The notes below the pieces were generated by a model. The model did not search any database. It saw only the letters and a list, made by a program, of their open reading frames with translations, and was not told where the DNA came from. Both the position numbers and the translations under genes were made by a program. From Rebecca billardiae RCC1528 (taxonomy: Eukaryota > Protista > Haptophyta), in the NCBI GenBank assembly GCA_965240325.2, contig OZ251226.1, positions 1,364,001 through 1,428,000 on the forward strand: a stretch of 64,000 bases of DNA. Reading direction: 5' to 3'. Shown piece by piece: positions 11,814 through 23,936 of the stretch (positions are counted from its first letter, which is position 1; the number at the start of each line of letters is the position of its first letter).

Positions 11814-13061
11814 TTTGGTTGGTGACTGTCATTCAGCACCGGCCTGGACAACGCCTCGCGTGCGATCGTGGTGGCGCACCCCGTCCCGGCCGGAGTGGAC
11901 GGTCTCAGCCCTTCTTGCGCAAACCGTTGGCAGCTCCTCGCGCGCGGGCCCGGGCGCCCGCTCGTGCCGCGCACGTACCCGGCCCTCGCCATGCGAAGGC
12001 CGTGGGCACGTGTGCCGCGCACAAACCGGGGCCCGCCCGATCAGTTGGCGGCGCCTCGAGCGCGCGCACCGGAGCTGCCGCAGCTGTTGGCAAGCTGAGA
12101 CGATCTACGTGCATCCGATCTACCGCTTGCGTCTAGTGTTAAGCAATCCTACTGCACAACGAATAGCCTACTAGCTGCGTATCAGCTTGGTGTCATTGGC
12201 ACCCGACTACACTCTAGCTTATCGGATGATAATTTATTAATTATGATCTAATGACTAATGAGTCGGGCACGGTACTGCAGAACTGCTCCGACTCAGTGAC
12301 TACTCAAATTGTGACTAGACACTAGTCATTAGCGCTGTCTAGTCACTGCAGACACTGAGCTAGTACTCACGCGGAGTATACCGTTAATAACTCGTTTACT
12401 ACTGCTACAGTAACGGGCTCTCACATTGGTCACTGTATTACGACACTATTACCGTCAGCATTATTACTGACAGACCGTAGTTACTACGGTAATCGATTGT
12501 ATGTACCGTCAGTCCCGCTGACGCTGACGCTGTCCCGCGCGGGACGCCTGCGGACGGCGGGACGGCTCCGGGGCCAGTGGGCCTGGGAGTCTGCTCACAT
12601 CAGAGTGAGTCACACAGACGGCTACTTAGCTGATGCTGACGTACTACTAGTACTACTCCGAGTACCGTCCGAGTTTACCGAAAGTTTACGGCAGGTCACG
12701 CGAGTCCGTCCGAGTCCGTCAGAACAGAAGCTGAAGTACGTCAGAGTGCCGATTAGCAGAGTGCGCGCACTGACTAACTGCTCGCGGTCTCTACCGTACT
12801 AGTACTATAGACGACTACTGTACTGTACAACTAGTTCTACGACAGCTAGCAGTCTACTGCTCATATGTACTGGAGTAAGCCACTACTGCAAGATGCTGCG
12901 GCAGCTGCCGCCGCAGTCGCGGCCACGGCCTACGGGCCGTAGAGTACCGTAGATTATCGACGCAGCGCCACAATAACAATTACAATATAGTAAATTGGTC
13001 TCGTCAGACGGTCCGCTAAGACTAAGAGGCAGGATCTCACCGCTTTGAGATCGATCTAGTG

Positions 13062-13829
13062 CTACTGCTCAACGCCGATCTTCCTCAGCTCAGATGGCGA
13101 GAGCCCGTAGTCCAAGAAGACCTCCTCGCCAGCTTCGATGGTCACCGAGGCGGCGAGAGCGACAGCTCGCGGCGCTCGTCGCGGGTCGTGCGGCTCGAGG
13201 GGCACCGCCTCGCCGAAGGGGTCGACGTGTGACCACGCGCTCGGCACGGTCGGGACGTGTGCTGCATCGCGCTTGGCGAGCGGCGGCGCTTCGGGGAAGG
13301 CGCCCATGTCCAGGCAGAAGGCGTTGGCCGAGACCCCAACGGGCGGGTGGTTCGCCATGTGCGCGATGGCGTTGCAGCGGGGGACACGCCGCCGCAGGAG
13401 GCAGCACTTCTCCAGGCATCCCGGCGTCGCGTCGACGACCGCCCCATCCTCGAGCCTGAGCGCATAGCTCGGGTTGGGCTGGCACTCGAGGTGCGTGCCC
13501 AGCAAGTAGCTGTGTCCGGGCGGGCCATCGACTGTCAGCCCAGGGGGGGCGGGGTACAGGATGCCCGGGTACATGGCGATCAGCTCGCCAGCGTCGATGC
13601 GCCGCGAGGCAAACAACCCCATGCCCGCGCCAGGGACTGTTGACGTAGCTGCAACAGCGCGATTCGGGTCGCGTGCGATGTACTCGGCGAAGCGCTCGCC
13701 GACGAGCACATCGAGCGAGGCCGTGGCTGGCGAGGCGCATCCGACGAGCGAGGCGAGGACCTCGCGCGCGGCGGGCTTTCCCTTTGCCAACCCCAGGAAC
13801 CGGGCGACCACCGAGGCCGCCGCCGCCAT
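13062..13829 (-). CDS. SET-domain protein (SETD9-like methyltransferase)
   Basis: Motifs STVPGAGMGLFA, GELIAMYPG, AHMANHPP and IEAGEEVFLDYG. Confidence 0.8.
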   Translation of the reverse strand: MAAAASVVARFLGLAKGKPAAREVLASLVGCASPATASLDVLVGERFAEYIARDPNRAVAATSTVPGAGMGLFASRRIDAGELIAMYPGILYPAPPGLTVDGPPGHSYLLGTHLECQPNPSYALRLEDGAVVDATPGCLEKCCLLRRRVPRCNAIAHMANHPPVGVSANAFCLDMGAFPEAPPLAKRDAAHVPTVPSAWSHVDPFGEAVPLEPHDPRRAPRAVALAASVTIEAGEEVFLDYGLSPSELRKIGVEQ

Positions 13830-14112
13830 GGAAGCCGATTGCGACGGCGACGTCCCGAGCCGCCTTGCCTCCCACCGTCTCGACGAGCAGCGCGGCCCGC
13901 TCCGACGCACCCGCTCACCTGGCCTCTGCGTCACCCACCGCCGCGTCGAGGCAGGTGCTCGAGAATTCCTAAGTGAGACCGGTGGCTCGGCGGCCGAAGG
14001 TTCGGGCTCTCCTAAAAGAAACTTGTGGATCCCCGTGCGTCCTGGTCAGTACCCCCATAGCTGGGTATCCTGCTTGCCGAATCCTTGATCGCCGATACGA
14101 CTGGCGAGCGCC

Positions 14113-15472
14113 ATGGTGTCGGCAGCGCTGTTCGTATCGCTGGCACTCGGCTTCTCGGCCCCGGGCCGAATGCCGGTCTCGCGGGCGTCGCGGGCTTCGG
14201 CCGTCACGATGGGTCCGATCCGCTTCGTCAAGCGCGTGCTGGGCAAGCAGAAGCAGGACTTCCTCGAGGCGACGGTGTGACGCGTGTGCGCCCACGCGCG
14301 CACTCTCGCGCTGCGCGCCTGCTCACGTGCAACCGTGCGGTCGCGTGCGCGCGCGCGCACGCGAGCGCGCAGCCGTACTGGGATCAGTCGACTATTCCTC
14401 TCAACACATACAAGGTGCGCGCCCGCCGACAAGGCAGCGAGCCGCGACGCTCGGCACTCTGCGGGCACCAACAGCGTGCGCTGCCCGTCCTCCGCCGCTC
14501 GCGCGCAGAACAAGGCGCCATTCACCGGAAAGGTCACCAGCGTGAAGCGCATCGTGGGTCCGGCGGCGACGGGTGAGACGTGCAACATTGTGATCAAGCA
14601 CGGCGGCAAGATGCCCTACTGGGAGGGCCAGTCGTACGGCGTGATCCCGCCGGGGATCAACCCGAAGAACGGCAAGCCGCATACGGTGCGCCTCTACTCG
14701 ATCGCGTCGTCGCGGTACGGCGACGACATGACGGGGAAGACCGGGACGCTGTGCGTGCGCCGCGCGGTGTATGTCGACCCGGAGACGGGCAAGGAGGACG
14801 ACTCGAAGAAGGGCGTTTGCTCCAACTACCTCTGCGACGCGACCGCTGGGACGGAGGTGCAGATGACGGGCCCGTCTGGCAAGGTGATGCTGATGCCTGA
14901 GGAGGACCCGAAGACCGACCTGATCATGGTGGCGACGGGCACGGGCATCGCGCCGTACCGCGGGTTCATCCGGCGCCTCTTCGTGGAGAAGACCCCCGCC
15001 GCCGCCGCGTACAAGGGCCAGGCGTGGCTCTTCCTCGGCGTGGCGAACTCGGACTCGCTCCTGTACGACGACGAGTGGCAGGCGGCGCTCCAGGCGTACC
15101 CGGACAACTTCAGGCTGGACTACGCGCTCTCGCGCGAGCAGGCGAACAAGAGCGGGGGCAAGATGTACATCCAGGACAAGGTGGAGGAGTACGCCGATGA
15201 GATCTTCAGCAAGTGCGCGCCCGCGCGCACCCCCGCGCCGGTCGCCGCGACACCGAGCCCTCACGCCACGCGCCGATGGCGACCGCGCCGCCGCCACCGC
15301 TCCGCCCTGCAGGCTCGAGAGCGGTGCGCACATCTACTTCTGCGGCCTGAAGGGCATGATGCCCGGCATTACGGACATGCTCGAGCGCGTGGCGAAGAGC
15401 AAGAACATTGTGTGGGCTGAGATGCTCGAGGGCCTCAAGAAGAAGGGCCAGTGGCACGTTGAGGTGTACTGA
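14113..15472 (+). CDS. petH: Plastid ferredoxin-NADP+ reductase; exons 14113-14274, 14373-14414, 14509-15212, 15313-15472
   Basis: Bipartite presequence [14 protein letters not shown]|[13 protein letters not shown], then [34 protein letters not shown] and the C-terminal WHVEVY. Confidence 0.95.
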
Positions 15473-16577
15473 GCGCGGCTGCGCATTCTGAAGGGCCACC
15501 GAAGCCGCGGTCCGCCGCGGGGTCGATCACAGCGCCAGCAGTCTGCAGTGCCGGGTTCCACACGCTGGTTGCCATGCAGAAGTTGCGGATGCGCGGTCTG
15601 CGCTCGGCGCGACGGCGGTGTTGATGGCCGAAGCACGAGTCGCTGGCCACACCTTGTGTGACAGGCTCAGGGGCCTGCGTATGAAATTCTCACGACTATG
15701 AAATACGGACGTTACGCCTTTTCCAAGAGCCGGGACTAAGCAGACAGCAGTACGGTCTGCAGTACCGAGTGATCGCGCCATACCGGGTACCGTCGTCGGA
15801 GCCGGACTCGGGGTGACTTGGTCCGTCGGTCATGTGCCATGTTACTACCACGTATATGTCTATGTGGTCGGTGGCTGCCGCGGGCCGGCGGGGCCGCGGC
15901 CCGCGGGCGGCGCGGGCGGGCTCCGGAGTCCGGGGGCGGGGTGCGGCGCGGGCGGTCCCCGCGGACTGGCCGGAGGGAGCCTTACACTCGCAGAGGTGAG
16001 TAGGGCCCCCATCATGGCCATTGATTACCCATATTGATAATATTCGATAGTGTCATTTGTCGGCATCACATCGGCACCAGTGAAGTCTGCCGCTGAGCAT
16101 TAAGGTCCAGGCCCAGCTGTCCAGCTGAGACTCGGATCGGAGGACAGGAGGTACGTTCGGACTCGGTCTCGGAGTCGCAGACTCGCAGAGTGGCAGCAGA
16201 CAATCACAGTTTGTGAGAGTATTAACTGCTATATTAATTATTAATATTAAGGCGGGGTTAAGACGTTTCTGTCTACTGATGTCTGATGATCTAATGTCTG
16301 CGGCGACTACGGACACTGAAGATGACCTCTTCGTCGAAGAGTCGTAGACTGGCGGCATCGTGATCGAGACCGTCGTGACTCGGTCTCGCGGCGCGGCCCA
16401 GCCTCTGGCTCTGGGCTGTATGCGGTCTGGCCTCCGGCTCTGCGTCTGGGGCAAGAGTGGCACAGACGCCGCGCGGCGTGAGGGAAGCACGCACACCCGA
16501 TCGAACCTGCCGCGGTGACCGCCGATGCCCGGGTGTGCAGCCTGGGCCTGCCCCCCTCAGCAAGCACCGAGGCGGGC

Positions 16578-17546
16578 TCAGGCGAATTGGGTCTTCCACA
16601 CCTGCGGCGCCTTTTTGGACAGCGCGTTGAAGACGGCGGTCTGGGACTTGGCGTCCGCGCAGATCGCCCACATGAGGCCGCCCCTCCCGGTGCCCGCCAT
16701 CTTGGCGCCGAGCGCGCCCGCCTCGCGCGCGGCAGTCACCAGGTCGTCGAGCTCCTTGCACGACACGGTGAGCTGCTGCAGCAGCTCGTGGTTCTTGTCA
16801 GCGAGCTTGCCGATCGCCGGCCAGTCACACTTCTGGAGCGCCTCTTCTGCCTCCTTGTAGATCTCGTTGTAGCTGCTCATCAGGCCGTCGAACCACTTGG
16901 GGTCCTTGTCCTTCTTCTCGCGCACGTCCGCGACCACCTTGCTCGTGCTCGCCGTGATCCCCGTGCTCGCGTACACGATGAGCGCTGGCTTTGAGAGCGT
17001 CTTTGTCTCAAAGAGGGGCGCGCCGTCCGTGCGCTGGAACTTGAGCACACCGCCGTAGGTCGCGGCGGTGTTGTCGATGCCGGAGGGCTCGCCGTGGTAG
17101 CCCTTTTCGCCCTCGTAGCCGGCGGCGTTGATCTGCTCCTCCGTGAGCTCCTTGCCCTGCGCGGCGGCGACGGCGCGCGCGACCGAGACGCAGTTGGCCG
17201 CCGAGGCACCGATGCCGCTCACCGCGCAAAGGTCGCCGCCGAGCGTGATCTTCAGGCCCTTCTTGGTCGTGTCGAACTCCAGGTGATTCAGCACCAGCCG
17301 GGTCCCCTCGAGCATCTCCGCCGCCTTCTCCTCCTTGTACCCGGGGATCGCCGGGCGGTTGTCCTCGACAATCAGCCCATGGGACCACTCGGCATCGCTG
17401 ACCTCGACTTTGCAGTCGGTGTACGCAGCGACGGCGCCAACGAACGACGGCGCCTTGTACACGACGAAGTGCTCGCCGAAGAGAATGAGCTTGCCGAAGC
17501 CGCGGTGGTGCGCAGCCTTCTGCCGCTTGCTCTGCCGCGATGCCAT
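16578..17546 (-). CDS. MVK: Mevalonate kinase (GHMP kinase)
   Basis: Motifs GKLILFGEHFVVY, SGIGASAA, HGEPSGIDN and GAKMAGTGRGG; intronless. Confidence 0.88.
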   Translation of the reverse strand: MASRQSKRQKAAHHRGFGKLILFGEHFVVYKAPSFVGAVAAYTDCKVEVSDAEWSHGLIVEDNRPAIPGYKEEKAAEMLEGTRLVLNHLEFDTTKKGLKITLGGDLCAVSGIGASAANCVSVARAVAAAQGKELTEEQINAAGYEGEKGYHGEPSGIDNTAATYGGVLKFQRTDGAPLFETKTLSKPALIVYASTGITASTSKVVADVREKKDKDPKWFDGLMSSYNEIYKEAEEALQKCDWPAIGKLADKNHELLQQLTVSCKELDDLVTAAREAGALGAKMAGTGRGGLMWAICADAKSQTAVFNALSKKAPQVWKTQFA

Positions 17547-17672
17547 GGTGGATGACGCCAACGATGGGCTGCTTGATGCGATCTCGCGGCCGAGTTCGCG
17601 CAGCGGCGTCCGAGCTGGCCGCGAGATGTCCGGGCGCGGTACGCCGGTCCGGATGCCATCGAAACGCTTCGC

Positions 17673-18630
17673 CAGGTCTCCAAATTTGTTGGCGGCAGTG
17701 CTTGCCCGATCGTCGACAAGTCGGCGCTGGTGGCAGAGCACCGCCTGCACCGCGATCGAATAGCTTGAGTGCGGCTTTAGCTGCAGCAGCGCGATCCACC
17801 TGCGCTGCGCGGCTCGCATGGGCCTGCTGCGCCCTCGGTCAGTTGCGAGGCCGCGAGGGTGCGGGACCGGATGTCAGACGGCTGTCTCAGCCGCTGGACT
17901 CTGGCGGCTGGTCGAGCGGTGATGCGACCGTCCCCGTGTGCCCTGCGCGGCCGCGTGCGCGCTTGCCGCTCTGCTCAGCTGGCCGGCCGGCGGCATCTGG
18001 CGCTGCTGCGGTTGGCAGGAACTACGTTTCGCCCTCGACTGCTGCTCTGTGCCTCCTCGTCGTCCGAGTCGTCGTCCATGGACGAGCCTCGGTCCGCGTG
18101 CGGGCAGTAGGGGGGGGGGGGATGGCGCAGGTGATGCGTGCCAAGAACGCGCAAGCCGCGCCGCCTTGCGCTCCTGGCGTTTCTTGACGGCGCGAAGTGT
18201 CAAGGAGCGGCGGCTGGATGGGGACCGAATCCGCCTCCCCTGCGCGTCACGCCGAGGCCCGCGGTTCCCGCGTCGAGGCTGCTTCTTCTGCTTCTGAGAG
18301 TGTTGATGCTCACCGTCAGCAGTCGGCACTTCAGCAACCGAGCCATTCGCGACGAGCGGGCGCGCCGGCGGAGCCGACTTGGCGGACTTGCGCGCTGCGC
18401 GCGGGGCCGGTGAGTGGGAGCATCATTCAGGAGGTGCGCCACCTGGTCCCTCGCGCCGCGGCCCGCTGGGTGCCACCAGCGGTGGCTCCCTGCCTGTGGA
18501 GAAGCACCGAGCCCTGCATCCGGCGGCTCTGGCAGCGGCCGCGCGGAGTACGTCAGACGGACGCTCCCATCTGGCAGAAGGGAGAGGTGCACCCCACACG
18601 GGAGGTCGTCGGCGGCCGGCGGCGGTGAGC
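17673..18630 (-). mobile_element. Dispersed repeat family F2, degenerate copy 1 (tandem with copy 2)
   Basis: Colinear similarity to 18669-19570, e.g. GCCTGCACCGCGATCGAA and CTTCTGAGAGTG.TG.TGCT. Confidence 0.75.
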
Positions 18631-18640
18631 TGGATTCATT

Positions 18641-19718
18641 CTATGATTTAACGCGACAGGAGGACGGCTCAGGTCTCCTGATTCGTCGGCGGCAGCAGTG
18701 CCCGATCGTCGACAAGACGGCGTTTGTGGCAGGCAGAGCATAGCCTGCACCGCGATCGAACGGCTTGAGCGCGGCCTTGAGCTGCTGACGCGCGATCCAC
18801 CTGCGCTGCGCGGCTTGCATGGACCTGCTGTCTGTGCCCCGAGCGAGGGCGAGCGAGGGAGGGTGCAGGTCCGGATGTCAGGCTGTCAGCTGGCAGTCTC
18901 AGTCAGCCGCTGGTACTGTAGCAGCTGGTCGAGTCTGCTGCCCCGTGCTGCCCCGTGCTCCCCGGGCGGTCGCGGAGGCGCTTGCCGCTCGATCCAGTTG
19001 GCTGGCTGGCGGCAGCTGGCGCTGCGACGTCGTCCTGGGGGCACTTCGGCTTCGCACGCTGCTGCGGTGCCTCCTCGTCGTACAAGACGGCGGGGGCGAG
19101 TATCGGTCCTCGTGGAGCGGTGGAGGGGGGCAGCAGGGACTGGCGTGGGTGCAGCGGTCCGCGCCAGGCACGCCGCCGTGCGCGCCTGGCGTTCCTTGAT
19201 GGCGCGGCGCGTCGAGGAGCGACGGCTCGATGAGTCGATGGAGAACGAATCTGTCGGCCCTCGGCGTCGCGCCGTTGCCCGCGCTTCCCACGCCGGGGCT
19301 TCTTCTTCCGCTTCTGAGAGTGCTGCTGCTCGTCGTTCGCTTGCGGCACCTCGGCGTCCATGCCCTGCGCGGCGGGCGGGCACACCGGCGGGGACAGCTT
19401 GCGCGCTGCGCGCTGGGCGGGCTGCGGGGGAGCACGACTAGGCGCGCCACCACCTCCGTCTTGCGCGGCCGGCTGCCACCGGCGGTGGTTCCCTGTGGAG
19501 AAGCAGAGCCTGCATCCGTCGGATTGGCCGCCACCCGTGGAGCCGCAGTTTGCGTCAGACGCGCGCCACTGCAGGGTGAGCTGCACCATGCGTGAGAGGT
19601 CATCGTTGGCGATGCGCTTTTCTGCGGCACGGCGGTGGAAAGAGTAGGCGGGTTCCATGAGGTCACCACGACTAATCACGCCTTAACCAAGTGTGCACGT
19701 TAAAACATAGTAAACTGT
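18641..19718 (-). mobile_element. Dispersed repeat family F2, near-complete copy with 13-bp subterminal inverted repeats
   Basis: CTATGATTTAACG at 18641 pairs with CGTTAAAACATAG at ~19698-19710. Homologous to 52250-53210, 28192-28415 and 58808-58856. Confidence 0.75.
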
Positions 19719-20334
19719 ATGACCCATCGCTTTTTGATATGGATTGAATTTGATCATGCATCAGCCAAGAATCTTATCGTATCGTGATTCTTGGGATCGA
19801 TAGCAACTTTCTAGTAGGCTCATCATCGGCGCGTGGACCTGCGCACCCAAGCTGTTGGCCATACAAATGACTTCACAGTCTGGCCTTCTCTTCAACGGAC
19901 GCGCGACGATTCGTGATCCCGATCGAGCGCGTCCACCCCCTAATTAAAATAATCTGTCGGCGAATCCGCGGCATCGGCGGAGATGCGCACCCGGCCGGGC
20001 CCGCCCGCGCTGGGGTGCACCGAAATGCGCGATGAATAATTAGCTGTGCATGGTCATGTGGTTGCTTCTTGGGCAGGGCCGCCATTTCGTCGGCGGCAAA
20101 GCCTGTGACGCAAGCTCGAACGACTCGAACCAGTGGCCGACGGCTCAAGGTGTTTGGATCGAGCCGCAAGAGCGGTGAGCGCGCGCAGACTCGCGCGGCG
20201 CGCGTGCCTGGGCGGCGTGCCAGCGCGCTTCTGTCGAGCTGAGGTGCGCCGCTCAGCTCTCTCTCGCGACGACGCCCACCCGCACGCCCTTCTCTGCGGC
20301 TCCCTGCGCGCCGGTGCGCCGATCCCTCGAGCAG

Positions 20335-23322
20335 ATGTTTGGCGGCAGATCGGACATGTCGCCCGGAGGCTTCATGCCGTCCGGTCGACGCGCGAGGGCG
20401 GACATGGACGAGGCATACGACCCATTACGCTCGCGTGGCGGCATGCCGGACTCCGGCCCGTCGGCGCACTGGCAAGCGGTGTGCTCCACGCGCGAGCTCG
20501 CGGATGCACCGCGCCGGACAGCCCAACACGTGTGCGGGCTGTGCACGATCTGAGCCGCGTCTTTGGGCGCGCTGCTTGCGGCGGCTCTTCGCGCGCAGGT
20601 GATGACAGGGCACCTGAACCGCATCGAGCAGACGCTGCAGCACATGCTCATCTCGCCGCAGCACATGCTGCGCTCGCCGCCGCCGCCGCAGCTGTCACCG
20701 CCCGCCCGTGGGCAGTACATCCCGACCGAGCTTGTGGAGCAGCTGCGAGCGCTCGTGTTCCAGATGACGCAGGCGGTGTACGAGGGGGGTTACGACAGCG
20801 GGTACAGCGTGCGCTCGCCGCCGCTCCCGAGCGACGCGGAGCGCCGACTCGACGCGCGGATCGACCGGCTGTCGCAGCTGCTGGCGCAGAGCGGCGAGCC
20901 GCTGCAGTGGTCAAACGGCCCGGCGGCGGCGGGCGCGGAGACGGCGGCGGCGGGGGTGGTGGCGGCGAGCGCGCGGCTGACGGAGCTCGAGAGGGAGCTC
21001 GAGCGCCTGCGCGCGCACTACGAGCAGGAAGTGCGACTGCTGCGCACCGAGCTGCAGCAGAAGGCTGCACACATCGAAATGCTTGAGGCTCGCGCAGCGG
21101 CTGTGGCCGCGATGGCGTCAGCGCCTCAGCCGCCGGCGCAGCCGGCGCAGCCGGCGCAGCCAGCGGCGCAGTACGCGCAGTACGCGCCGCCGCCGGCGGC
21201 GGCGGCGCAGCCAGCGACGCAGTACGCGCCGCCGCCGCTGCCGGCGCAGCCCGCCGCCGCGTCGCTGCCCCCGCAGCCGGCCTCGGTGCCGCAGCAGCCT
21301 GCGCAGCCGGCGAGGCCCCCACTTCCGGTGGCACCGCCGCCCGCGCCGCCCACAGTCGCACCGGAGCAGACGCCGTCGCTGCCCGCCACGCCGGCGACGT
21401 CGGCGCTCCCCGCGTCGCTGGGTGGCATGCTCTCTCCGCTCGCCGTGCTCGCGAGCAGGACATCGCTCCCACCGCCGCTCGATCTGCAGCCACCGGCGAG
21501 GGGCTTGTCTCTCTACGCGCCGGACGCGCCCGCCGCGCCTCCGCCGCCGCCCGCCGTCTCGACGCCGGTCGCGGCGCCGGTCGCGGCGCCGGTGCCTTCG
21601 GCACCCGCGCAGGTGCCACTGGCGCCAGCCGCCGCGGTGCCACCAGCGCCGCCACCGAACACGTTCGCGCTGCCGCCCGCGAGCAAGGAGCTGCTCGGCG
21701 CGCTGCGGGCGGCGGGCGAGGGGCGCGGCGCCCTGCCGACTGTCGGCGGCGGCACGTGGCGTGAGGCGCTCGCGGCAGCGATCAGCCCGATGCAGCTGGC
21801 GGTGGTGTTCGTGGACATGACGGTGCCGGGCGTCGTGATCGCCGAGTGCAGCGCGGGCTTCGAGCGCACGACGGGCTTCCCGAGGCACGAGACCGTCGGC
21901 CGCAACTGCCGCTTCCTGCAGGGGCCGCAGACGGAGCCCAAGGCCGTGTCCAAGATGGTGCGCGCGCTGCGCAAGGCGAAGGAGCTGCATATCAAGGTGA
22001 CCAACTACCGCAAGGACGGCTCGCGGTTCACCAACGAGCTGACGCTCCTGCCCGTGATGGACACGAACGGCGGGTACCGCTACTCGATCGGCGTGCAGTC
22101 CGCCATCGAGGGGCGCAGCGTGGCGGAGGAGGTGGCGCTCGCGGAGCTGCGCGCCGAGCTGCCACGGCTCATGCCCGCGCATGCGCAGCCCGCCGCCTTC
22201 GACCAGGCGGCGGTGAGCGTGTCCGACCTGGACAAGGACGAGCAGTACCGCAACTCGCTGGTCCGGTTCACCAAGATGCTGTGGACCATCGACACCGAGT
22301 CCACGCTCGCGCAGCTCATGGGCGTGCCCGAGGCGAGCGACGCGTTTCGTCAATTCCTCGCCGAGAGCAACGAGCACGCGCAGCTCGACCTCTGGCTGGC
22401 CGCGCAGGGGCTGCAGGCGCTCGCCGACCCGAAGGCGCGCGACGCGTCGGCGCGCGCGATGCTCGAGCAGTACGCCGGGATGAGCAGCGAGCAGGCCGCC
22501 GCGATGGACGCGAGCGCCACGCTCGAGCGCGCCGAGGCGGCGAAGGAGCAGCTAGTCAGCGAGCTGCTGCCGCGCTTCATCAAGTCGCGCGCGTCCGAGC
22601 CGATCATACGCTCCCTGCTCTCGACCACGTCGATGGTCGACGTCTCGCAGCTGGTGTGGGAGAAGTACACGATCCCGCCCGACCTGGCGGGGTTCGTGCA
22701 CTCCTTCGTCGCGGTGGCGGAGACGCTCCCCGCGTGCATCGTGCTTTCGGACATGTCCATCCCGGGCAACCCGATGTTTTTTGTGAACACGGAGTTCTGC
22801 CGCGTGACGGGCTACCCGAAGGACGAGGCGCAGGGCCGGAACTGCCGATTCCTGCAGGGGCCGCAGACCGAGCCGGCGTCGGTGGCGGTGATCCAGGACA
22901 CGCTCCGCCGCGGCGCGGACTGCTTCGTGAAGATCACCAACTACCGCAAGAACGGCGAGACGTTCCAGAACCTGCTGTCGATGCGGCCGCTGCACGACTC
23001 GAACGGCGTGTACCGCATGTGCATCGGGGTCCAGTTCGCCGTCGACAACGGGCAGGACTTGAGGCGGCGCGTGAAGAAGCTCGCGCTGCTGCTGCAGCTG
23101 CTCCCGTCGCAGATCGACGTCGCGCACGACTCGACCAAAGCCGGGCCGAAGCACACGCCGCGCCACGCCAGCCACGAGGCCGGCGTCTCCATCGAGGACC
23201 AGCTCGAGCAGGCGCTCACGCGCACCGCGCCCGTGCTCGACGCGGCAGACATGGTCGGCGCCGAGCGGTACGCGGACCACCACCAGGAGATGCTCGAGGA
23301 GCTCCGAGTCTCGAGGCGCTGA
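20335..23322 (+). CDS. Blue-light receptor candidate: coiled-coil/Pro-rich N-terminus + LOV + RGS-like + LOV; intron 20479-20598
   Basis: Two GRNCRFLQG motifs, each followed by NYRK.G and IGVQ. The intervening segment LAQLMGVPEASDAFRQFLAESNEHAQLDLWLA...ARAMLEQY...LLPRFIKS resembles an RGS domain. Confidence 0.85.
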
Positions 23323-23936
23323 GCGCGAGAGCCGCGAGCGAGAGCCGCGAGCCGCGCGTGGGCCGTGGCGGGTGGGTGCGGCGTGCCGCGCATCCGCCGC
23401 TCGCCCTCGGAGCTGGCCTCGGGCTCGGAATAACGGGCTGCTGTGCCACCACGCGCAATCGGCAATGGCGCGCATTACTCAAAGTTACGACGCCTGTCGA
23501 TCAGCATGTTCATCGTCATCATGTAAATCGGTATAGCTAGACGACTCTGAATATCAGTCGTATTATATTATTATTATTATTATTTATATAACTGTTACGG
23601 TAAGTTCCGAGACCGTCCGTGAACTCTGTGAAGTCAGATTTAGTCAGCCTACTGGCTACTCAGTTCGTCATCGCGCGTAGTGACTATAGTTAGTGAGGCG
23701 TACTCACCGACGGCCGCCTTAGGCTTAGCGCACGGCAGCAGCACTCTCATCTGCTGCTCCAGCCTGCTCATCAAGCATCGTCACAGTTTCTAAACGAATA
23801 TTCAAATTGACACTGACGGAGTCTATCGCCACAGTATATACGACGACTGAGTAGTGAGTATTAAGGCGGCCTACTGCCTAGTGCAGACCTGGGCCGAGTG
23901 GGCGTGGCGGCTCGGACGAGATGATATATGGCGTTA

